In this document: positions 1 to 13,275 of the stretch, piece by piece
Layout of the letters: each line of letters opens with the position of its first letter
Position numbering within the stretch: position 1 is the stretch's first letter
NCBI RefSeq assembly: GCF_006345805.1
Contig: NC_042998.1
Location: forward strand, 60,388,001-60,452,000
DNA: 64,000 bases
DNA from: Octopus sinensis
Taxonomy: Eukaryota
Direction of reading: 5' to 3'
The notes under the pieces: generated by a model
What the model was told of the DNA's origin: nothing
Databases searched by the model: none
The model's input: the letters and a program-made list of their open reading frames with translations, nothing else
Position numbers and translations under genes: made by a program

Positions 1-112
1 TCTACCATATCTTCATTTATTCAAAGATATAAAAAAATCGGGAACTGTTGAAAACAGAATAAGATCCGGTGCACTATGCAAGATTTCTCCTAGATCTTTA
101 AGAAAAATGAAG
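1..112 (+). mobile_element. Second, inverted fragment of the same Tc1 transposase
   Basis: 1-112 is the reverse complement of 1011-1122. Confidence 0.85.
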
Positions 113-196
113 CAACTAAGGAATTTATATTCAATTATAAATATTTAGGGGTGAAAAAAGTATTCGTACTGAACATAAATAACTGATAATTCTGAT

Positions 197-1184
<988 letters not shown>

Positions 1185-1500
1185 TAATTAAGTTTTTCAC
1201 TGAATTTGTGAGTTCTTTACTTTTCGTCATTATTACGATACTGCTTTATGTTGTCACAGTGCTGAATGAAGAAGCTAGCGTTTTGACACTTAAAAATGAC
1301 AACTGATAAGATTATTGGAACAAACGAGAAAGTTCTAGTAAAAAAAATAATTTTAACAGTATTTTATGGCATAGAAAATCATAAATTTATTCTGTACGAA
1401 TACTTTTTTCACCCCTAAATATTTATAATTATATATAAATTAGTACGTTTATATATTTGTTGTGCAAGATTTTTTATGTGAAGTCGTGTGTTGAAACAGA

Positions 1501-1780
1501 TATTGTTATATTTCGGAATGGTCATTTTGCCAGTTTAGCCAATAAAAACACACGCACTATATATTTGGTGACGGTTAGTAAGGAGAGACACAAATAAGAA
1601 AGAAGAAAACAAAGGACCACTGATGCGGTCACAGGAGTGTGACGAAAGAACTCTGGCCGAAATAAGATTAAGATTAATATAAAAAATAAATAACACTGAA
1701 GCAAAGTAACACCAAATATATAGTGCGTGTGTTTTTATTGGCTAAACTGGCAAAAATGACCATTCCGAAATATAACAATA
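1501..1780. mobile_element. Insert with ~70-bp inverted repeats inside the Tc1 TIR, probable Penelope-like pLTR fragment
   Basis: 1501-1570 is the near-perfect reverse complement of 1710-1780; the spacer holds an HHR-like motif. Confidence 0.6.
1614..1658 (+). ncRNA. Degenerate type I hammerhead ribozyme-like motif
   Basis: CCA-CTGATGCG-GTCAC-aggagt-GTGAC-GAAA-GAAC-TC-TGG: stems I and II pair, but the core deviates from CUGANGA. Confidence 0.45.
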
Positions 1781-2742
1781 TATATAAATTCATTAGTTAC
1801 TATAATTTATTAGTTTCTTTTGCATATTCTTAGTTCATGCATGTGTATGCAACTATAGTATTGGTATATCCCATTTATGTTCATTTGAAATTAAATAAAT
1901 AAAGAATTTTGACATGTACGAATATTTATTTTCCCCCCACTGTATATCGAGTACGTGGGCCTTTGTGGTCTGGTCGTCGACTAATCTGGTTTGTAATTTG
2001 TTTTGTTATTAAAGTATGACAAGCTTCGACGTTGACATTAGGGGACGGATTTGTCTGTTTAGGGTCAATTTTTTGATAAAACACTGTCACTGAGTTCTCT
2101 GCATGTAAACATTGCTCGTATCGTAGCTTCTTAAGACTAACAGATTTGTATTCGTGTGTATTTTTTTATAGTTTTATCTCCGAGCATAGTTTTTAGTTTT
2201 TTTTTTAAACTTATGAATGGTTCACTCTGTCTGTGTTAGTTCGAAAAATCGAAAAATAAAAAAGAAAAAAGAAAGAAAAGTTTTGGTTTTGGTTTTTGCT
2301 TCGTTTGTGACACGTGATCTCATATGCGTGAATGTGTGTCCTGTTAATTTCACGTAGTTACGTAAACATTTAGATGTATGTGTAGTCCTATGGTTATCAA
2401 AATGTATGTATGATTGTGTAGACATCGAGTGTAAGCGCAATTACTCAATGTATGAACTTACTGTTTTGTTCCATTTCTATTTTATAATTTGTGAACTTTC
2501 CGATGTTGACTTCGTGTGTGTTTTGCACATGCTTCACTGATACATCGTGCATAGGAGAAACTGTGCTTTGTATGGCAGTAAAATTTCGGGGGTTTTTTTC
2601 GTTACAAGACCGCTTCCTTCAAGTCTTCCACTGGTTACTTTATCTAATTCCATCGATGTTATTGGATTAGATTTGTTTTTGAATGGGGAGCACGGTGTAG
2701 CACGTCCATGTTGTTATTATTATTATTATCATAATTATTATT

Positions 2743-2892
2743 ATTCAGGCCACTGCCTGGAATCGAACTCAGAACCTTGGGGTTAGTAGCCCGCACTCTT
2801 AACCACTACGCAATATGCACGTGGGCACATGGCGTAGAGGTGAAGAGCGCGGGCTACTAACCCCAAGATTCCGAGTTGATTCCAGGCAGTGA

Positions 2893-2899
<7 letters not shown>
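2743..2899. mobile_element. Head-to-head inverted pair of tRNA-derived (SINE-type) heads
   Basis: Arms 2743-2820 and 2823-2899 are near reverse complements. Each has an A-box-like TGGCGTAG(T/A)GG, a CTACTAA anticodon-like loop and a B-box-like GAGTTCGATTCC. Flanked by (ATT)n and (AAT)n. Confidence 0.75.
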
Positions 2900-2957
<58 letters not shown>

Positions 2958-3090
2958 TTGTTATTATTATTTTACCCCAGTGTCACTTTGATGGCATGCA
3001 CTGCTCTCTCACTCAACAATAATAATAATAATAATAATAACTTCGAAAAATACCTTAGGAATGAGAATGTAGGTTCGAAATTTCCCCAAG

Positions 3091-3134
3091 ACACCTGATG
3101 AAGGGTGGAGGGTATATCAGCCGAACCGTTGTGT
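3091..3134 (+). ncRNA. Degenerate minimal type I hammerhead ribozyme
   Basis: ACAC-CTGATGA-AGGGTG-gagggtatat-CAGCC-GAAC-CG-TT-GTGT: stem I ACAC/GTGT; GAAA is changed to GAAC and stem II has one mismatch. Confidence 0.55.
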
Positions 3135-3253
3135 TAACAAAAAACATGATGAGGACAAATATCTGTCTAACGTAAATAATGTATATATGCACACACACAC
3201 AGATATATATATATATGCGCATATATATATATATACATATACATACATATATA

Positions 3254-3290
<37 letters not shown>

Positions 3291-4705
3291 ATGTATGTAT
3301 GTATGTATGTATGTATGTATGCATGTATGTATGCACCGTAACTGATAGTAATTCTAATTTATTTATTGTTTAATTAACATTCGTGTCTTGTTTTTCTCTT
3401 TATTTTAACTCCATTTCAATAACCATTAATTCATGGGTTTAATAAGCAGTAGGTTAATGTCTGTTTAATTTCAATTTCGTAATGACAGAAAGCGAATGCT
3501 TTAAGCAGCTATTAGTTTTTGTTCCACATTGTTTATCTACGCTTACTTTATATGTAGTTGTTGACTGGAAAAGTCCGTATTTGTCTTGTGTGATGAGTTT
3601 CATTCAATCACAAATACAGCTTTTTGTTATGTTGCTACGTGTAGAAATCTCAGCAGCGTTTACATATACGTTTTAACTATATTTACAACATCCTGCTGTA
3701 TGGTATGTTACCTAACTGATTCAGCTATGCTAGAGGAATTTTTTGCGCTGAACTCATTAGTAATTAAGTTAATGTTTAATTAGTGCTAGTATTAGCGTAA
3801 TGCAAACTTTTTGCATAATATGTTTTTATTTAATTATCATTTAATTTCGTTTAACTGATATCAGTAATGTTTCAATGAGTGTATATTCCTTATAATTGTG
3901 TGTACCGTAGCAACTTTTAAATGCTAATGGCTTTGAGTTGTGGATGGGTTATACGCCTTGACTTTCCCTTTTCTAGTTGGTTCGAAAAGACGCTTATATC
4001 ATTTGTTGTTGGGACAATGTTGTCTCACAACTTTGTGTAATTATGAGCTATCAGTGGGAACCGTGAATATTTCACGGAATTAATGGTAACCTTATTGGAT
4101 TATTTCTGAAAACTTTATCTAAAAAACCTGAAAGTGTAGCGTGCGTTGTGTCTGTATCAAAAGATGGTGAAGAAAAGTGGAATACGATGATTACTTAATG
4201 CACTTTATATATTTTATGCACAATTTTATAGACTTAACACACAGCAATGTCGCTCTTTCTCTCACTCTTCGTCCTACCCTCTTTTGCTATCTCCTTTTTC
4301 TTCCGCCCTTCTCCTTTTTCTTCCGCCCTTCGCCTTTCCCTTCAAATAATCACATGAAAGCGTTACAGACGTTCTAAGTAACGGAGGAATAAAACTTAGT
4401 TTTAAAAAATTACACATTTCACTCACCACCACCACCTCTCTTTCCCCCCTTCAACTAATCGCGTGGAAGCGTTACGGACGGACTAAGTAACGGAGGAACA
4501 AGCAGAATTATTATAAGATGTGTCTTTTGTTTTGTATTTTGAATTTTCTAAGCAGTCTTGAAATATTTTTGTTACAGTTAACACCGATGGAATGAATGTT
4601 ACTGTTCCGTGTCGAAACCATAATGATTTTCAACAGACTAGCTGATTATGGGATTTTAATGTGTACTTAGGACGTTTTTTTTTTTTCTTATTGTGATATC
4701 TATGT

Positions 4706-4877
4706 ATTGTACTTGATGGCATGTAAGACGCACCTTAGTCTTAAATAAAAATGCCTCAAAAAAATCACCTCGGGCGTTATATGTGAAGTTCGATATTCCA
4801 TAAGCTTTAATGCACAAAACCTTTTATTGGGATACATCTAAGATACGAGTGAGTCTATAATACCATCAGATACGGTA
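4706..4877. mobile_element. pogo/Tc2-like MITE (degenerate)
   Basis: Imperfect terminal inverted repeats (..TGATGGCATGTAAGACGCAC / GTGAGTCTATAATACCATCAGATACGGTA); related pieces at ~6745-6818 and 54978-55158. Confidence 0.45.
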
Positions 4878-5518
4878 GTTGTTTGCACGTTTCCCTTTTT
4901 GGTTTGTTCTTTTGTGTAGTTTTATATTTTCTAGCATTACGATGTTATTCCTCATTGTAGTTCTGTAGAGTACTTCAGCTGCCTGGTATGGACCTTGGTC
5001 TGGTTGAATTGTTTCTATTGTATTTTATATAATTTTACGGCTAAGGGATTATAAGGGTCTTATACCTAATTGGATCTAGATGTCAGGGTCTTAATTTGTT
5101 ATTAGTGTCAGTTCGTCAGGAATTTAGCGGTAACAGGATTTATCAGGTTAGGTATGAAGTAGTAATTACGTTATAGTGAATCTGGGACGTACACATACAC
5201 ACATATATACATATACAAACATATATGTATACACACCCAAACGCGTAAAACACTCGCACGAACACGCACGCAGACACACAAACACACACATATGTGTGTG
5301 TGTGTATACATATATGGATATATGTATCTTTCTCCCACCATGTGTGTGTGTTTGTGAGTGTGTTTGTGTGTGTAGAGAGAGAGAGAGAGAAAGTAGGTTT
5401 AGTTGGAACACAAAACACATTTCACTACAAAATCGTGTATTTTCAACACATGATTTATAAGTTTATAAAGCTACTACATCATCTCTTTTAAGAGTTTGTG
5501 TGTGTGTGTGTATGTGTG

Positions 5519-5583
<65 letters not shown>

Positions 5584-7404
5584 ACCCTCCCTCCTTTTTC
5601 TGTGTACAACAAGCTCAGCAAACACGTTCACCAGAGGTTTAGAGAAATTCCTGAAAAAGTCATTTTTGTAATCCAAATGAGGTAATTTTAAACTAGTTAT
5701 AGGTCATAATTATAGGACAACACAAGCATTATGCTTACTTGATTTCAATATTCAATCCCAATGATGGATTTTATCAAGTAACTTTATCTATTAACAGATG
5801 TCATTTCAGTTTGTCGCTTATAAATGCGTTTATTTGGTCCATAACACATCCTTGTATGCAAATACAAAGACGTGTATTGGCTTGTAAGCCAATAGATCAG
5901 CAAGAATCGCAAGTTTTTATTGACGATATCAAGTACTCCTGAAGTTGCGCGTGAATACGAGGTTCTCACGTTCGTGTGGGCATGCTTCAGCTTTATCTGG
6001 CATTATGAATTTAGGATAGAAAAAAATCTTTGCTCAGAGCTGGTTTCAAGCTTTTGTTAAATACTGTTAGTTACCCTCATCAGCATGGTTCATTTCATTA
6101 AACACTTTCAAAATTCACAATTACTTAGTCTCCCCGGACCTTGCATTTGAAGAATCACCGTATTCCTGTTCACGTGTTTCTTGCGAAGTTGAAGCGACCA
6201 TTTCTTTCCTGCACTTTCATTCTATACTCAGGTAAATCGACAGACATATTCAAATACCAAATTCCTGACCTCATATTGGGTATAAATGCTACTACATATG
6301 CTAGTGTTCTTTTATGATATTTTGGGTTAGTTGGCACATGTTCTAACTATCCCTATTCATTATGTCCCGACTAACCCGCCGAAACAGTGCCGTGTACACT
6401 ACACAATTTGGAAAATCTAAAATATTTCCTTTGCCATTCTATTGTATTTGACAGCACATAAGACGAACTTTTTCTCTAAAAACAAAAATGTATCAAAAGC
6501 AGTCAATCCAAATCCTGTGTGCCAAGTTTTATACGATGCATTCTGCTTTGTTTTTTCTTCTTGTAAGTTTTATTCCTGTACTCTTGTAAGACGTCTCCAC
6601 TGTTGTTATTTCTTGCTTTTCACTCAGCTGAACTGCTAACTTACTTTTATATACAACAATTTTTTCTGTCATAGCTAAGGTACTCTTTGTAATGTACTGC
6701 TAGATTGCTTTGAATATCAAATGTTTTAATACACTAAAACCTTTTCCTGAATATGAGCTGCTGAAATTGGGGTGTGTCTAATATACTCGTGCGTCTTCTA
6801 TGCCCTGAGATACGATTATTTCTATTGAAAAATCAAAGCATACAAGTGTTCATTTCTAACTACGGTATTTATTGAACAAACTTAATATTTCAAACAAATT
6901 AATAGTTTATTGAAGATGGGAAATATACAGAAAGGTATTTGTATGCTTGGACAAAATTCTGCATCGACTTCATACTTATATGAATGAAAGGTAGCGTAAG
7001 AGTCCCTCAAAAGATAGCAGCAGTCTTAACCAGGTTCTTAGTTTCTGCTGACAGAAGGGTATTTTAACTTACCTACTCTCCAACTAACACCAGTTTCTCC
7101 TATGCATAAACATAGATTGAAAGGTAGATAAATAGATAGATTTATGTGATTGCATTTATGTACGGATGTATGTCATTATTCAGATTTATTTCAAGATTTC
7201 TTGCCAATAGAGAAAAAGTCAGTTTCCAACTTAGATCCAAGGCTACTTCGTTGGAATTTCAACGACATCAACAGGTTATTTTTGCATGCATTTGTGTATA
7301 TGCGTGGTTTGTACGTACTATGTACGTATGTATGTGCAAATTTATATGTTTTATGTATGTATTCTCATGCATATAGTTACATATCTAGACATGCTCATAT
7401 ATAT

Positions 7405-7816
7405 TTAAATGATAAACTTTTGGAAAGTTTTACAGATTTTTTCACTTTCAGTGATGGATTGGATCTGTAATCTTCGAATTAGCTTTCTCCTTTCTGGTTT
7501 TGAGAAGCGTAATTTCTAAAGATTGGGATTTAGGCAGTGTGTTACATATCCCAGGCCCCCAATAATTACATGCGTAAACCTCAACTTGTAATCTGGATAG
7601 AGTAACTGCAGATTTCTCAATAGATCAGCATAGGTATTCTCTTTTTCACTGATCTCCAGCTTTATGCTAACATCTGCTGGGCAGCTGATTTCCACAACTG
7701 CGCAGTTTCTCTTCTCTATCCCAAATCAGATCTGTTGTGCTTACATTTTATTGAAGTTTTTAGTGGTACATTCCATCAGTACTCCTTTTTATTAGGAGTG
7801 ACTATGGCTTCTACCA
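7405..7816 (-). mobile_element. 3' fragment of an R4/Dong-like non-LTR retrotransposon (restriction-like endonuclease domain)
   Basis: Minus strand reads, with frameshifts, KCKHNR..DLIWDREEKL..VVEISCPADVSIKLEISEKENTYADLL, a PD-(D/E)xK REL pattern; abuts a (TATG/TGCA)n array. Confidence 0.65.
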
Positions 7817-8270
7817 TGTATGTATGCATGCATGTATGTATGCATGCATGTATGTATGTATGCATGCATTCATGTATGCTTGCATGCATGTATGCAAGCA
7901 TGTATGTATGTATGTATGCATGCATGTATGTATGCATACATGTATGTATGTATGCATGCATGTATATATGTATGTTTGTATGTATGCATACATGATCTAT
8001 GCATGCATGTATAACCTATGCATGATGTACGCATGTATGTATGCATGCATGTATGTATATATGTATGTATGTATGTATGTACGTATGTATGTATGTATAC
8101 ATGTATGTATGTATGTATACATGTATGTATGTATGTATGTATGTATGTATGTATGTATGTATGTATGTATGTATGTATGTATGTATGCATGTATGTATGC
8201 ATGGATGCATGTATGTATGCATGCATGTATGTTTTTATGTGTATTTTTATGTATGTATGCATGTATGTAT
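7817..8270. repeat. (TATG)n/(TGCA)n compound microsatellite
   Basis: Directly visible; source of many spurious ORFs. Confidence 0.95.
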
Positions 8271-9393
8271 GACACAAGAGTATGAATAAGAAGGGAAACA
8301 AAGAGAATAATCACTACTAAAATTTATATATTATATTTTTATTCGAAGTTGAAATTTCGCAAATTGTTATTACGAACAATAGCATTAAGCTAACAGAATA
8401 ATTCTATCTAAAATCGGATATGAAAAACTCAGAGAAACGTTCTAATAAAGATCTTTGTATGTCTGAGCGACACATTTGTTTGGGCGAGCGTTTGTGTGAA
8501 CGAATGTTTTTGTAAGCGCGCGTATGAGAGGTGGTGCATGGTTCTGTGCTTGTGTGAACGAAGATAAAAAGTATAAAATTTGAAACGTACCTATGAAACG
8601 ATAGCAGTCATTCATTTTGACAAAATTGAATCAAAGAATGTGAATGGTAGAGACTAAAAGTAATGATAAATCCTTTTGAAAGATAGAGTAAACGTTTCGG
8701 AGAAGTGCTGTCCGAGAGTGAAACAATCCAAATTGGTTTCTGTGAGACTATTTAACAATTTTAGTCGGAGTGTTTTGTGTTTTGTCTATTTTTTTTATCG
8801 AGCGGGGTGGAGTGGGGTGGGGGTCAAAACGAAAAAGTGAAAGCTAATGAAACTGATCCAGGAGTAATTATCAATTAATCTTCTATTTTCAATGATGAGC
8901 CAGAAGCCACAGATTAAGCTGTACTAATCTGGTCTTTACATAGAGATTTGCAGATTTTGTTAATCTATGAAATAATAACACTGAATAGAGATAAATATAA
9001 ACGTTCTGTTGACTTGGAAATAATTTTTTTTATATTTCTTGTTTTTATTTTCCATTTTCTTCCTTCTGATTAGCACAATTGGAGAATAGTTGCATGTATA
9101 TATACACGCTCGCATTCATATACACATACACGCACGTACATAAACAAAGACATATATGTACTTACAGATGCATATGTGTATAAATATACATACATTTGCA
9201 CATATACATAGACATGCAAATGCATACAAACATACGTATATATACATACATACATGCAAACACACGTACATACACACATATAGTCGATTCAAATAAACAA
9301 ACAGTTCAAATAAACGAATAAAAAGACGAAAAATACATACGTGATGACGTGCACAAGAAATGAATTAGCTTGACACTCGGTGAAAGGAGAGAG

Positions 9394-9428
9394 CTTGACA
9401 TTTCGAACATGGCTCTTCGTCGGAAAGA
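9394..9428 (-). ncRNA. Degenerate minimal hammerhead-like motif
   Basis: Minus strand: CCGACGA-A-GAGC-cat-GTTC-GAAA-TGTC-AAG; core CUGA is altered to CCGA. Confidence 0.35.
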
Positions 9429-9498
9429 CGGGGGAAAGTCCAAAGATGGAAAATAAATCGCCAATGGCACACGTGTAGTTACATTGCTGAAGTCGGTA

Positions 9499-9517
9499 TC
9501 ATCATCATCATCATCAT

Positions 9518-9552
<35 letters not shown>

Positions 9553-11048
9553 TATCATCATCATCATCATCTTCGTCGTTGTTTAACGTCGCTTTCCATA
9601 CTGGCATGGGTTGGATAGTTTGACTGAGAACTGATAAGCCAGGAGGCTGCACCAGGCCCCAATCTGATTTGGTAAGGTTTCTACAGCTGGATGTCCTTCC
9701 TAACGCCAACCACTCCCAGAGTGTGGTATGTGCTTTTTTTACGTTCCACTGGCACCGGTGTCAGTCAGATGGCACTGGTATCGACCACGCTCGAATGGTG
9801 CTTTTTATGTGCCACCAGCACGGGTGCCAGTCAGGCGGAAAAGGCATCGGCAACGCTTGAATAGTGCTTTTTACGTAACACCGGTACGAGTGCCAGTCAG
9901 GCGGTACTGGCATCAGCCACGCTCGATTGATGTTTTTCACATGACACCAGCACTGACATCCGCCACGGCATCGATTTCACTCGGTCCAACAGGTCTTCAC
10001 AAGCACGGTATATTGCCCGACGATTGTCGGGTACTTTTAAACGAGTCAGTTGTGCAACACTAACATCGGCCACGACTACGATTCCACTTGACTTGTCGGG
10101 TCTTCTCAAGCACGGCATATCTCCAAGGGTCTCGGTCGTTTGTCATTGCTTCTGTGAGGCCCATCGTTTGAAGGTCGTGTTTTACCACCTCATCCCAAGT
10201 CTTCCTGGGTCTACCTCCTCTACAGGTTCTCTCCATTATTAGGGTGTGACTCTTCTTCACACAACTGTCCTCATCACATGACCATACAAGAGCAGTCGTC
10301 TCTCTTGCACACCACATCTGATGCTTCTTATATCCAACTTTTCTCTCATGGCGCTTACACTCTATCGTGCATGCACACTGACATTACAGCAGTCACGGGC
10401 CATGTTTTCCTGCCGTGTAGCTTGGTTGTTCGCACACATGCATTATACAGTCTACTTTTCACTGAGTGAGAGACCCAATGTTACCAGCGGAGGTAGGAAC
10501 TCTCTGAATTTGCCCAGCTTATTCTTATTCTAGCAGCTACGTTCCCATAGCATCTACCCCCGCTACTGATTTGGTCACCTAGGTAACGGAAGCTATCAAC
10601 TACTTCTAGGCTTTCCCCCTGGCATGCGATGGAATCTGTTTTCTGTACATTTTCGATATTTATTGCACCTGTGCATCTGCCACACACAAAAACTATCTTC
10701 CCAGTTAACCTTCCTTTGATATTGCTGCACATCTTATGTGTCCACAGTTACAACGAGTACATTTTATGGAGTTGCTACCTACACCTTTTCTACATATAGA
10801 GCAAGGCCATTTACCTGAAGGGATTTGGGATTTCTCCTCCTTCCTACATACTAAGACTTTGGATTTTGCTAGGTTAACTCTAAGGCCCTTCAATTCTAGA
10901 CCTTGCTTCCACACCTGAAACTTCTTCTCTTAGTCTGGTATTAGAGCAAGGTCATCAGCATAAAGGTGCTCCTAGGGGCAGCCTGTCTTGAATTCCACTG
11001 TTTTGCCTAATTCTTCACTATACTCGTTGCCCAGCCTCACCTTACTAC
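9499..11048 (-). mobile_element. 5'-truncated RTE-clade LINE
   Basis: RT C-terminal peptides (FKTGCP, LRVNLAKSKVL, DSFRYLGD, GGRPRKTWDEVV), repeat-rich 3' UTR and (ATG)n tail. Confidence 0.9.
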
Positions 11049-11063
11049 AGTATGTATATATAC

Positions 11064-11303
<240 letters not shown>

Positions 11304-11809
11304 TTACACATGCATATGCACACAAACACGTGCATACATATTCATGCACAGACAGACAGATCAGCGCGGTTGATTGGTAGAATCGTTTGAACAGTGTCTC
11401 TGCTCTTCAGGTTCTGTTCAAATCCCGCCGACGTGACCGACTTCTTCCTTTCATCCTTTGAGCTCGATAAATTGAAATACAGGAGATGCACAGAGCATTG
11501 ACCTCCTCTATCTCTTTCTCTCTCGCTCCTCTCTCTCTCTCAGAATCGGCTGCGCTTTGAGAAAAGCTTGGGTCGCCCGCTCACAAATCGCTTTCCTCTG
11601 TGAGCCACCAGCACGCTATCCCGGAGAAAGAATGTGGTCTTGAAGATGCTGAGAGTATATAACACGCTGATGAAGAAAAAGTAATATGCTTCCTAATTGA
11701 ACACACATAGATATTTATATACATTTCTATACAGATATGTATGCGTGTATATAAACATACATATATAGGTAAACATGCATCCCATAACTATATGTATATT
11801 GATATCACC

Positions 11810-11987
11810 CAGGGCAGGGTGTAAGTCGATTACATCGCCCCCAATGTTCAACTGGTATTTATTTTATCGATCTCGAAAGGATGAAGGCAGAGTCGACCCC
11901 GACGGAATTTGAACGGACAAAAGACTGACAAAATGCCACTAAGCATTTTGCCCGGCGTGCTAACGGTTCTGCCAGCTCGCCACCTTC
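11810..11987 (-). mobile_element. tRNA-derived SINE with Meta-domain-like core
   Basis: Reverse complement of the GGCGAGCTGGCAGAA..TTAGCACGCCGG..GCCTTTCATCCTTTCG..GATAAA..TACCAG unit at 14307. Confidence 0.75.
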
Positions 11988-12056
11988 ATAATTATATTTA
12001 CATTAAAACACATCATTATTTAGGCTTGTACAAATACCGTCTCCTACAAGGTTTTC

Positions 12057-12467
12057 GGATCTTTTCGGTTTGAACGGCAGTTTTTCTAGCGGTGTCATAT
12101 GAAATTTTCACCCATAATTATGACCCTAGTATCGATCTATTGCATTTCAATCTCTTTTAGGGTTAGGGTTAGGGTTAGTTAGGGTATCTTTTTTTCTTCA
12201 CAAATGTAAATAAACCCAATCTGTTTCTTAAACGAGGGGCATATTCATACGGCACAGAATGTTTTCACCTCAATAGACGTCACTGATTGGTTGAAATTGC
12301 AGAAATTGAAGAAAAAAACAACAAATATCTTACAAACTATAGAATTTTCTCAATAAAACCAAGAGAAAAAGATGTTTTATAAACACATTCTACCAGTATA
12401 CGAAGTTTAAAAGTGTTTAGTTACCTAGAAATTATGTTAAAAACTGCCGTTCAAACCGAAAAGATCC
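12057..12467 (+). mobile_element. MITE with ~28-bp TIRs, 8-bp TSD and internal TTAGGG repeats
   Basis: TIR GGATCTTTTCGGTTTGAACGGCAGTTTT; TSD AGGTTTTC at 12049-12056 and 12468-12475; (TTAGGG)n at ~12157-12184. Confidence 0.9.
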
Positions 12468-12903
12468 AGGTTTTCTGCTATTCAGTACTTAAGAGCGTAC
12501 TCCTAATGTGTATGTGTGCGTGTGTTTATTCTCGCCTGTCTATGCATATAGGACTACATTTTCCAGTGTACCCTTTCTTAACATAAAAGGGTAGTGTGTG
12601 ATTGGGAGAAATTTGGTTGCTACATCTAGAAGGTTGATCCCCGCGCGCTGACTTGAAGTAGACTTTGCTGTTGTTGAGTACTTCCAGATCAATCTTGGTC
12701 GAACTGCAGGAACTGTAACTGAAAGAACTGCAGTCGTGACAATACCGTCTTATTTTTAATCGGGAACTATTTTGTTCAATATAGTCGTTAGATAAGATTG
12801 TAGACTATGATTTATTTGTGTATTGATAGCTTCTAAGTAGGTTGAGCTGGTTATCGGACGAAAGTGTTTGCCAATGAGCTTCTCTCCCCACCTCTCTGTC
12901 CCT

Positions 12904-13000
<97 letters not shown>

Positions 13001-13275
13001 CAATAAGAAAATGACAATTACATGTATATTGTTATAATTGTCGTTTTAGTAAATAAATAAATAGACATGATATACTGTCTAAAAGTTGATGAACCACCTA
13101 TTGATCCCGTCCATTTTCTTATTGCTCTATAAATTAATGGGAAAATATCTCTTTACCCTCACCCATTTAGTACACTAGGTAATGTAATTGCAATGCAATA
13201 AAAAACACTTTTGTATTAATAATTGGGTATTCTACCAGCAGCATATTGGATAGATATTATCCCTATATATATATG

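Noticed and set aside
2823-2890. Functional tRNA gene
   Set aside because: The acceptor stem does not pair and the sequence runs into repeat tails; it is a tRNA-derived repeat head.
3055-3373. Many 60-250 aa ORFs rich in Y/I/C/V/M/H/T (also 5143-5685, 7735-8314, 10972-11349, 32651-34127, 35422-35929)
   Set aside because: They are translations of (TA)n, (CA)n, (TATG)n and (GATA)n microsatellites.
4575-4660. Repeat with GTGTCGAAACCATAATG..AGCTGAT (also 29365-29445) as a possible hammerhead
   Set aside because: The core elements are not in a workable order with paired stems; kept only as an unclassified repeat.
5739-6240. Possible exon or Helitron Rep relic, and a minus-strand CTGATGA..GAAA at ~6030-6085
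   Set aside because: No convincing protein motif; stems II and III of the putative HHR pair poorly.
8881-8990. ATGATGA..CTGA resembling a box C/D snoRNA
   Set aside because: The terminal stem is offset from the boxes and I can see no guide complementarity; such motifs are common in AT-rich DNA.
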